Assembly: GCA_963741095.1 (NCBI GenBank)
Contig: CAVUGN010000005.1
Span: forward strand, 128,001 to 192,000
DNA from: an uncultured Candidatus Micrarchaeota archaeon
Lineage (GTDB): Archaea > Micrarchaeota > Micrarchaeia > Micrarchaeales > Micrarchaeaceae
Reading direction: 5' to 3'
Length of the DNA stretch: 64,000 nucleotides
In this document: in pieces, positions 9,680 through 18,054 of the stretch
Position numbering within the stretch: position 1 is the stretch's first letter
Layout of the letters: every line of letters starts with the position of its first letter
Notes under the pieces: model-generated
Seen by the model: the letters and a program-made list of their open reading frames with translations, nothing else
The model's database searches: none
Told to the model about the DNA's origin: nothing
Made by a program: the position numbers and the translations under genes

Positions 9680-9688
9680 GTCTGGTCA
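9680..9688 (+). repeat. Target-site duplication, left copy (GTCTGGTCA)
   Basis: An identical 9-mer lies at 15224-15232, abutting the right TIR. Confidence 0.9.
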
Positions 9689-9728
9689 GGTTCTGGTAAA
9701 TCTTAGGGTGGTAATTGACGGCTGGTAA
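9689..9728 (+). repeat. Left terminal inverted repeat (40 bp)
   Basis: GGTTCTGGTAAATCTTAGGGTGGTAATTGACGGCTGGTAA, the exact reverse complement of 15184-15223. Confidence 0.95.
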
Positions 9729-9738
9729 GCATCGGCTA

Positions 9739-12308
9739 TTACCAACTGTTCTCTTCGACGAGTTTTATCTGGTCTCGGTCTAACCCATAGAGCTTGTATA
9801 TCAGCTTATTTACCTCGTCTTTCATAGTCTCGCCATGATGAGAACTGCCCTTTGTTTCGATAATCTCTTTTACAAGCCTTACAACCTTGTCGTATTCTGG
9901 CTTGCCCTGATACTCGCATAGTGGTATCTTTGCCATATGGTATTTGTCGAACCGCATGGTTCTAATTGCTTTGGCATAAATGAATCTATACGCATACCAG
10001 TTAATCAGCTTTGAGTTGAGCAGGGCTACAACAAATTCGGGAGCTATCCCATCAAGGAATATGTTGCCTACGTTGTCTAAAGTTATCAGCCCCTTATCAT
10101 CTATCGTAGCCATCAGGATAATATGGTCTTTCGGATTCAATACATGGGCTACGATATTCTGAACAACCACCTTGGGCTTTTCTGTATATTGAACGGCCTT
10201 CTTTATCTCGTTGTAGTCAGATTTCGTTATGAAGTCCGTAACTTCCTTAATCTCGTATCTGCCTATGGATTTACCCCTCAGTATCGGTATTTCACCCGTT
10301 TCTTTTAGGTAGCTCTGTATAATCGCTCCCCTCTCTATGTTGGCGACTTTGGATAAGAACTCTCCCGTATTCAGAAGTTTTAGCCCTAATTTCAGTTCGT
10401 CCTCTGTAACGTCGTTTATGAAGTTCCCGAAAACGTCCACGAGCTTCTTGTCCACCGCTATCGGCTTTCTCTTTTCATCCAAGAACTCAATATGATACTG
10501 CTTGGCATTAGACCCTTTTTTCAAGATGATGATTACCTGTTCCAATAGAACGTCCTTGAAGGCTTTGCTTACGTCAACCAGCTTAATCAGGTCGTTCTTG
10601 ATTAGAAGCCTTGCACTAATCCATTTCTGGCTGTATATCAGGGGCTTAGGCACTATGAAACCCAAATATCCGTCCTTGTCCAACAGCAGATACGCCCTGT
10701 TAATGAACGCTATCGCAGTATCGGTATTGTTCTTGGTGGCTGGATAGTTCTTTAGCATATATTCTCTTTCGCTTGTATTAAGTTCAGCACCATACGGCGG
10801 ATTCCCTATTACTATGTTGAAGGACTTGACGTTTAATTCTTCGAGCCAATTATCCCAGTCAAAAGATTCTTTCGAGAGTTCCCTATCGTTTATTAGGCTG
10901 TTCCCAACCCTTACGTTATTTTTTAGTTCTGGCAATAGCGTAGTGTGGTCTGTTATCGTCTTTTGTTTCGTAGAGCCGAGTATCTTAAGGTAGATATTGA
11001 GTTTTGCTATTGATACTGCCCGTTCGTCTAAGTCCACGCCATAGATATTGTTCTTGATAAGTTCAAGTCTCTTAGAAGGCGAGAGCTGGCTGTAATTCTT
11101 AACCCTGTCATAATAGAACTTGTCGAACTCGGAGACTACTTTTATCAGGAAAGAACCCGAACCGCAAGCAGGGTCTAATACTTTGATTTTAGGTATGAAA
11201 TTATTTCGCCCCCCCTTTATACCATGTAATTCTTTTGCTATTGTATTCTCAACGATATAATCCACTATCGGCTTGGGTGTGTAGTATATCCCTTGCTCTT
11301 TTCGTGTTGACTTTCCGCCTATGAGTTTTCTGCCCTTTTGAATGTAGGCGAGATAGTTTTCGTAGATATTTCCCAGCACATCCACGTCTATCGCCGCAAA
11401 GTTGTATTCTATGTGCTCGCTCGGTTTCGATATACTGTCCAAAAGTTCTCGTATGACCTTATCAGGTATATCTATCGTCTCAAGTTCGGGTCTGCTGTCG
11501 GAAGCCCAAATATGTCAGTATCGTATTTCTGTCTGTATTTGGCAAAGACCACCTTACTGTTGTGTATATTTCCTTGTCGTCGTTTCGGTATATCTGCTCT
11601 AAAATTCTCTTTTCTCACTCTTCGGCCTCGACCTTTTTTATGAAGATTATCCTGTTTATTAACCCCTGTGTTAGCTCCTCTATTTGCTCTGGCGTTTTGT
11701 CTTTGGCTTCTGCTTGGAGAGACTGCTTATCTTTTCCCTGAATTTGTTTATGCTGTTAGCCAAGTCTGTGGTTATGTCTATTTGTTGAATCTTGTAATTG
11801 CTGACTTTCGCATATTTGTCCAAAGAGCCATCGAGTATGTTCTGGGCGTTGAGCAGTTGTAGCTTGTCCACCGAATAGGACAGATTCCCCGAAAGAAGGT
11901 CTATATTGCAGAACGGGTATATGCTATCCCTTGTTACATACCATCCTCGTATCCTTTTAAAGTCTGTTAGAATCGCCCAATTAACCGCCTTGCTGTAAGC
12001 ATAATCTTGAACCTGCTTATCGTATTTTCCGTTAGCAAGGTTCGCATCGCTCTTAAGTTTCTTTGCCTCAACTATCACTTTCGGGACGGGTTTAGGATAG
12101 CTGTAATCGGCACGTTTTATACTGCCTCTGTGTCTATTGGATTCTGTCTGTCTATCATGGGTTCCTCCCATTCCAAAACCTCTTTGAGTATCCTGTCAAC
12201 TAATTTAGAACGAGTATCGTCTTCGGATAGCGTATCATCCGAGTAGTCCTTCTTGTATGCGTCTATTATTTTGTTGAGCCTTAAGATAATTTCGTCCTTG
12301 TCTATCAT
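9739..12308 (-). pseudogene. Type IIG (Eco57I-like) fused restriction endonuclease / N6-adenine methyltransferase; frameshifted as assembled
   Basis: The pieces 12117-12308, 11680-12171 and 9739-11442 join into one protein. It has an N-terminal nuclease (DTR..RADY..VEAKK..QVQDY..AILTD), INRIIFIK, GIYYTP, DPACGSGSFL, IGNPPY and a TaqI-C-like target recognition domain. Confidence 0.85.
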
Positions 12309-12333
12309 AATTACAGTAGGAACTGATACTCTT

Positions 12334-13464
12334 TTAAGAGTTTATCTCAGGCTGTTCTGAAAGGGACTTTACAAGCAAGTCCCTCCAGTTCCCGCTCTCG
12401 TGTATCCCCGAAGCCTTAGCTGGCGTAGTTCCTAATGCCCCGTGAGGCTTGACAAAGTTGTAGTAGGTTTTGAAGTTCTTTGTAAAGTTCTCTGTTCCAG
12501 TATCCGTCTTAAAGCTCTTCATTACCTTGTCCCTCTGTCTGAACGTCCCGTGATACCTTTCCAGCTTGTTATTATTGCTCATTCCTTGCTTTAGGCTAAC
12601 GTAACGCTGGTGAGGATGCCTATTTGTGTAAGTCCAAAACTCATGCGTTATCGCCTTATTGTATGCGAAAGCCCCATCAGTAATTACAGTCTTGGCTTTG
12701 CTGTTAGCCGTCCGCTTTGCATCCTTGAATAGAGTCTGTGCGTCCTCTGTCGTCCTTGTCGGGCTGACATGGTTAGCGAGCAGAAAACGGGTATCGCTAT
12801 CGAGGCAGTTCCATACCCACTTATGCGAACCTTTTGTGATACATCTGCTCGTCAGCGTGCCATGTATCGCTAACGGCTGGGTGGTATTGCTTGACATACT
12901 GGTTTATTTTGTAAATGTATGCGGCCGCCGATTTCATTACTGAAACATGGGTTACCTTCAAGCTCATGAATTGCTTTAGGCTGTCCGCTATCGAGCGGTA
13001 GCTTACCCCCTTCATATATAAGTCCATAGCCATAACAACAGCGTCCAAGTCGCTCTTGATTTTCTGCAGAGGCTCTAATACGAACCTTGTTGCAGTTTAG
13101 GCATAGCCACCTCTGTTTCTTGCCCATAGTGGTCTTTCTTGTTCCGTCCTTTTGCAGTTTTGTAGAATTACAGTGAGGGCATGGCTGGTTTATGCTCGCT
13201 ATCTGATGTATCTCTGACGCCTTGACTTTGGCAGTAAGGTAGAACTTCAAGAGTATGATATGCTTGCAGAGATTACCTCTATGTTGTCCTCACAGTCGCA
13301 TACGCAAAAGCCGTTAGATTCTGTTCTACTTTGTGTTTTAACCCCTTAACGTTCTGTGATGGTATCCAATAAATCCCCTGTCCGTCCGATGCAGGCTTGA
13401 TACCTTCTTGTGCCATCTTTAGGCTTCTTTCCTTCCTCAATTCGTATGGTGTTTTATTCGTCAT
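12334..13464 (-). pseudogene. Transposase: SWIM finger + InsA-like Zn ribbon + HTH + IS6-type DDE core; frameshifted as assembled
   Basis: Read across frames: CDCEDN..CKH (SWIM), CPHC..KDG..QRWLCLNC, GVSYRSIAD (HTH), WHADE, VITDG, NNKLERYH and YYNFVKPHGAL. Confidence 0.85.
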
Positions 13465-13575
13465 ATAACCATCTTACTTGTATAGTATATTATTGTATGA
13501 GTATATATAAATACCTTTCGGGTAAGATACGATACCTTTATATACCTTAACCTAATATATTATAATGGTAATATT

Positions 13576-13716
13576 ATGGGTCTCGTAGAACTAAAAGTAA
13601 AGGGATATAGATGCGAGCGGTGCGGGCATGAGTGGGTTCCTAAAGGTTCAGAAGAACGACGAGTTTGCCCTAAGTGCAAAAGCCCTTACTGGAACAAACC
13701 AAGAAAGAAAAAGTAG
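13576..13716 (+). CDS. 46-aa zinc-finger micro-protein (not in the ORF track)
   Basis: MGLVELKVKGYRCERCGHEWVPKGSEERRVCPKCKSPYWNKPRKKK, with CxxCxHxW...CPxC. A TTTATATA box lies upstream. Confidence 0.8.
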   Translation: MGLVELKVKGYRCERCGHEWVPKGSEERRVCPKCKSPYWNKPRKKK

Positions 13717-13741
13717 GAATTATTACTTTATTACACACATA

Positions 13742-13769
13742 ATTACAAAAAGCTATATAGATTTGTAAT
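13742..13769. promoter_or_regulatory. Inverted repeat straddling a TATA-like box upstream of the RHH gene (candidate autoregulatory operator)
   Basis: ATTACAAA...CTATATAG...TTTGTAAT, about 30 bp upstream of ATG 13798. Confidence 0.5.
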
Positions 13770-13797
13770 AATTTTATAATCAAGAAAGGTAATAATT

Positions 13798-13944
13798 ATG
13801 ACAAAAAAAGAGACTGTGAGTATCAGGATGGACGCAGGAGTATGGAAAGAGGTAAAGATGCTTGCCGTTGAAAAAGATATGAAAATAAGCGACCTCGTAG
13901 AGACCTTACTTCTTAACTCTATTAAGCAGTTGAAAGGGAGGTAG
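13798..13944 (+). CDS. 48-aa ribbon-helix-helix regulator (not in the ORF track)
   Basis: MTKKETVSIRMDAGVWKEVKMLAVEKDMKISDLVETLL, a classic RHH pattern. Confidence 0.8.
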   Translation: MTKKETVSIRMDAGVWKEVKMLAVEKDMKISDLVETLLLNSIKQLKGR

Positions 13945-13986
13945 CCTTTTATACTTTGCTAACCATAACCTCAGCGGTAGGTCTCT

Positions 13987-15166
13987 ATGGAAAATGTAGA
14001 ATGGAAGTATCAGGATGGTGAGTCGCTGGCTCACATAAGTGAATTAACAGTAAATTCTAAGACAGTCTTATCGCCATTCCACTCAACAACGACAAGAGAG
14101 GATGCAACATACCTATCTGTTGTGGGGTCAAATAGGAGGGAACCTTCGATAAACATATCGGCAGAGTCCCTTAGTAAGACCACATTGGACCAAATAGGTC
14201 AGAGCATAGAATCTGCAAACGCTCTAATGGGTAGGTTGAACGAAAGGAAATCGCAATCGCACAAGGACATAAACCTGATTTATCCACGCATACCAAAGAA
14301 GTATGAGATAAAGAACGGACAGAAAAAGCAGTATAACTTTATCCCAAGAATAGACAACCTTCAGATTACTACGCTGGTAGATGTAGAACTTCAGTGTAAT
14401 GCTGATGCAATAATACCCGATACCGAGTTCCATAACGGAATTCGATCACTTCAAAGAGATATTGAGCAGAACCAACAGCCAAATTCAAACATTTAGCAAA
14501 AACAAGCCGATGATGGGATACATACCCAATATTGACGACAGGGCATTAGTAATAAAGATGATACAGGAATATCTGAAAAAGGATTATGATTGTAGGATAT
14601 TTGGCGTGGACTTTAGCGGTGCTTCTAACGCCCCGCTCCTTATTTCGACTGTCGTTGGAACAATTAGGGACGAATTGAAGATAAAAAAGAACAAAGAGAA
14701 CAACGAGAATTATTACCTTCATGTCTTTAACGCCTCAACAGCCAAAAAGTCAGAAAAGGATATATCCCCGATAAGCAACTTGCTTACCCAGCTCTACGGC
14801 GTGGACTCGGCGAGCGGGACTATCTGGGGCGGAGCGGGCGATAACCCACAGCCAGAGAATTCAAGATACATAGTTACTGAGGACTATGGTGCTTACAAGA
14901 AAAAGGCCATACACAAGATAACCTGCAAGTGCTATGTATGCTCTCACTATTCCCTTGACGAGATATATGACTCAGCCAACTACTTACAAAGGCTAAAGGT
15001 GCATACAGTATCAAAATATAGGACAGAATACACAGAGATAGGAGAGAAGATAAAGAACGACAAAGACCCGCTTGTGCCTTATGTCAATACCAAAGCCCAA
15101 ACCAAAACCGATGTTAGAAAGATAATGAACGACGTAAATGAGATTAAGGCGAGGACATCGGGGTAA
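13987..15166 (+). CDS. Divergent TGT (tRNA/DNA-guanine transglycosylase)-fold protein, with one frameshift near 14416
   Basis: N-terminal DGESLAHISEL...VLSP resembles TGT DG.AR.G.L...TP. Also LHVF, GVDS and a C-terminal CKCYVC...LKVH zinc site. No DSGG motif. Confidence 0.65.
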
Positions 15167-15183
15167 AATAAGACCGCCCCGAT

Positions 15184-15223
15184 TTACCAGCCGTCAATTA
15201 CCACCCTAAGATTTACCAGAACC
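15184..15223 (-). repeat. Right terminal inverted repeat (40 bp)
   Basis: TTACCAGCCGTCAATTACCACCCTAAGATTTACCAGAACC. Confidence 0.95.
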
Positions 15224-15232
15224 GTCTGGTCA
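15224..15232 (+). repeat. Target-site duplication, right copy (GTCTGGTCA)
   Basis: Identical to 9680-9688. It contains the stop codon of the 15230-15745 gene. Confidence 0.9.
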
Positions 15233-15745
15233 CTTCCGGATCACGCCCAGATTGCCCTCTTTTTCGACGTCAATCTTGGACCCTATTCCCCACGCGAATC
15301 CGATGAACATGGCGTTCTCCTTGTTCTGTATCCTGTGGCCGTTGTTTGCCGTTTCCTTTATCTCTTCGAGCTTGTTGACCAGGAGATCGACCGTGGCCTT
15401 GCTCGTCATTAACTCGATGGATTCCTGCGTTCCTGCCGTTTTTATGGCATAGAGGAAATCTGCGATATTGAAGGGCGTGCGCAACATCAGCGGATACAGG
15501 ACATGCGCGGCCTTTATCACATCGGGATTGCATGCCGTGTTTTGCATGTCCAGCACCTTTGCGGCCTGTATGTAGTCCAGGTTGAACCCCGTCGCCTGTT
15601 TCGGAACCACCTCTTTTATGCAGGAAAGGATATCCTTGCCGTTTGTCGCCTCCACCAGATCACCGTGCCACCCTCTATTTTTCGAGATATTTATGCCTAT
15701 GGTTGGATGACACTTGACGTACCCATGTTCGTCAAACGTTGCCAC
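15230..15745 (-). CDS. Hypothetical protein
   Basis: 171-aa ORF overlapping the thrC stop. Its own stop codon lies inside the TSD. Confidence 0.55.
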   Translation of the reverse strand: MATFDEHGYVKCHPTIGINISKNRGWHGDLVEATNGKDILSCIKEVVPKQATGFNLDYIQAAKVLDMQNTACNPDVIKAAHVLYPLMLRTPFNIADFLYAIKTAGTQESIELMTSKATVDLLVNKLEEIKETANNGHRIQNKENAMFIGFAWGIGSKIDVEKEGNLGVIRK

Positions 15746-16790
15746 CGCTGACCACGGAGACGATCAGCTCGCTCTTGCCGTACCTTGAGCTCCTTATCGC
15801 GGCGATGCCGGCGACGCCCGCGAGCTCTGCGACAAGCCCGTACTCTTCGTGGAATCTCTTCTGTTCGTTTTTCAGGTCCGCATCGCTCACGGCAACCGCA
15901 TCTCCCTTGCTCGCCTTTATGTCCTCGACGGCCTGGTTGCCGAAGGTCGGATAGCCCACCGCGATGGCATCGGCGGCGGTCTTAGGAACGACATACTTTA
16001 TCCATCGGTCATTTTTGTACGCGGTGACCAAGGGTGCGCATGATTTTGACTGGACGCCGACAAGCATCGGCATCCTGCTTATCCTGCCCGCGACCTTCAT
16101 CTCAGTCAATCCCTTGGCTATGCCGCTTATGAGCGTCGCATTGCCCACCGGTACCATTATGCGGTCCACATCGGGAAGCTGGTCCATTATCTCATAGGCC
16201 ATCGTCTTCTGGCCCTCCTTCCTGTAGCAGTAGTCGCCGACAAGGAAGGCCTTTGCCTTCTCCGAATACGCGAGGGCGAGCTTCTGCGCCTTTGTGAAGT
16301 CTCCCTTGACGTGCACAACGGTAGCGTCATGCTCCGCCATTATGAAGTTGATCTTGTCCTTGTTAGCGGCGTTGCTTATGAACGCCCTCACGCGCAGGCC
16401 CGCGAGCTTCGCGTAGTGCGCTATCGAATAGGCCATGTTGCCCGTCGATGCCACGGAAACTTCATTGTAGCCGTACTCCACCGCCTTGCAGATCTCTATG
16501 ATTGATCCGCGGTCCTTGAAGGACCTTGTCGGATTGTCGGTCTCCATCTTCAGGCACACGTTCTTCATGTCGTGGCTCCCCATCAGCCTTGTCGAGCCGA
16601 TCTCGTAATTCGGATAATCGCAGTCGGGAAGGGCTTGCCTGTAGTCCCAGAACCTGCCTGTGCCGCTTATCTTGGGCATTCTGCCGTCGTAAACCACCTC
16701 CAGCGAGCAGCCGCACCTCTTGCAGAACTGGCCGTCGTAGTCGCTGTCGTACTCCTCTCCGTGGTGATGGCATTTCAGGTGGTATCTCAT
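15732..16790 (-). CDS. thrC: Threonine synthase (PLP-dependent) with an N-terminal zinc knuckle
   Basis: NPTRSFKDRG, ASTGN, EGQKTMAYEI, VPVGNA and VSGGN motifs. True start is probably ATG 16790. Confidence 0.88.
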   Translation of the reverse strand: MRYHLKCHHHGEEYDSDYDGQFCKRCGCSLEVVYDGRMPKISGTGRFWDYRQALPDCDYPNYEIGSTRLMGSHDMKNVCLKMETDNPTRSFKDRGSIIEICKAVEYGYNEVSVASTGNMAYSIAHYAKLAGLRVRAFISNAANKDKINFIMAEHDATVVHVKGDFTKAQKLALAYSEKAKAFLVGDYCYRKEGQKTMAYEIMDQLPDVDRIMVPVGNATLISGIAKGLTEMKVAGRISRMPMLVGVQSKSCAPLVTAYKNDRWIKYVVPKTAADAIAVGYPTFGNQAVEDIKASKGDAVAVSDADLKNEQKRFHEEYGLVAELAGVAGIAAIRSSRYGKSELIVSVVSGGNV

Positions 16791-16899
16791 GCAATGACCG
16801 CTATGATCGTCAAATCTGGGCTTCAGTGCGTGTAATTGATAAGAGTAGTGAAATCGCAAAGTTAATATATCATATCTGCCACAGAAATAGTTAGGGTAG

Positions 16900-18051
16900 G
16901 TGGTAGGAATGATAAAGGTAGTGGGTAACAGGGAGATACTCGAAATAATAGCCATCTTCGTCATCGTCATGACGGTCGGCATACTGATAGCGATTGCCGC
17001 TGTCAGGACCCAGAGCGTCTCGATACTGTCCAACACCCTTCAGGATCCGAGGTTCGCGGATCTCTCCTACGCATTGGATGCCACGCTCGTTTTCATAATA
17101 GCGCTCCTGGTGCTGAGGAGGCACAGCCACCACAGCAACACCATACTGTTCGAGGCTTTGGAGGGCATAGTTATCTCGTTCACGTCGTTCTTCATGTTCC
17201 TGCTCCTGTTCGCCATACTGCTACCGCAGACCGTGACCACCGGTTACATCTACGTGTACGCTGCCGTTATGGCTATAATGCTCGTCATATTCAAGGACAG
17301 GTTCCACAAGCTGAGCGATCTCGCAACGGTGCTGTCGGCCGTCGGGGTCGGGTTGATACTCGGCTTCAACTTCGCCTTCAACTACGCGATACTTATATTC
17401 GCCGCGGTGGCAGTCTACGATTACATAGGAGTGTTCAAGAGCAACGAGATGATTAATCTGGCGAAGGCCTTCTCCTCCAGCAACGTCTCCTTTCTGATAA
17501 GCGTTTCTGATTTGGAGGCGGTGCCCGAATGGGGCCTGAGCCACAAGGAGATCGAGGACTACATGAATTACCTTTCAAGCATTCACGAGCTCAACGACCC
17601 GAAGTTCAAGAAGATACTGCAGAGCGGCAAGCTTCCGGTCATATGCCAGCTCGCGCTTGGCGAGGGGGACCTCAGCCTGCCACTCATGGTGGCGGTCAGC
17701 GCCTGCGTCTCCATCAGCCATGCATTTGCCGGGGTTGTTGTCATAGGCGCGGTTGCAGGCATCTTCCTCACGATGCTGCTGCTCAAGGAGTACAAGCATC
17801 CGATACCCGCAATACCGCCGCTGTTCTCTACGGTCGGCATCGTCTCAGGCATAGCCTTCCTTGTCATACACGCCACTGGCACGTCCCATCTGGGCAACGT
17901 CTCGGGCACCTATCAATTAGGCATATTGATGATTGCGGTGAGCTCGCTGATGATGCTCACAGACATAGTCACCATTGCAAGGAGGATGCACAGGAACAGG
18001 CTGCAGAAAGAGGCTAACATCAGGAGGGACATCAAGAGCGCAGCCATCTGA
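16900..18051 (+). CDS. Presenilin / signal-peptide-peptidase-like GxGD intramembrane aspartyl protease
   Basis: Multi-TM protein with YD (AVYDY), LGEGDL and PAIP (PAL-like) motifs. Confidence 0.9.
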   Translation: MVGMIKVVGNREILEIIAIFVIVMTVGILIAIAAVRTQSVSILSNTLQDPRFADLSYALDATLVFIIALLVLRRHSHHSNTILFEALEGIVISFTSFFMFLLLFAILLPQTVTTGYIYVYAAVMAIMLVIFKDRFHKLSDLATVLSAVGVGLILGFNFAFNYAILIFAAVAVYDYIGVFKSNEMINLAKAFSSSNVSFLISVSDLEAVPEWGLSHKEIEDYMNYLSSIHELNDPKFKKILQSGKLPVICQLALGEGDLSLPLMVAVSACVSISHAFAGVVVIGAVAGIFLTMLLLKEYKHPIPAIPPLFSTVGIVSGIAFLVIHATGTSHLGNVSGTYQLGILMIAVSSLMMLTDIVTIARRMHRNRLQKEANIRRDIKSAAI

Positions 18052-18054
18052 TCT

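Larger units (their letters stand above)
9689..15223. mobile_element. 5.5-kb cargo-carrying unit transposon (IS6/IS1-like DDE transposase) with Type IIG R-M and TGT-fold cargo
   Basis: Perfect 40-bp terminal inverted repeats (9689-9728 and 15184-15223), 9-bp direct repeat GTCTGGTCA on both flanks, central transposase, and interior visibly more AT-rich than the flanks. Confidence 0.93.

Noticed and set aside
13987-15166. Calling this a canonical dpd (7-deazaguanine DNA modification) system or a housekeeping tgt
   Set aside because: There is no DSGG motif, and no dpdB/dpdC or folE/queCDE genes are in the window.
16791-17036. Long N-terminal extension of threonine synthase given by the ORF track
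   Set aside because: It overlaps the presenilin gene on the opposite strand. ATG 16790 gives a normal ThrC.
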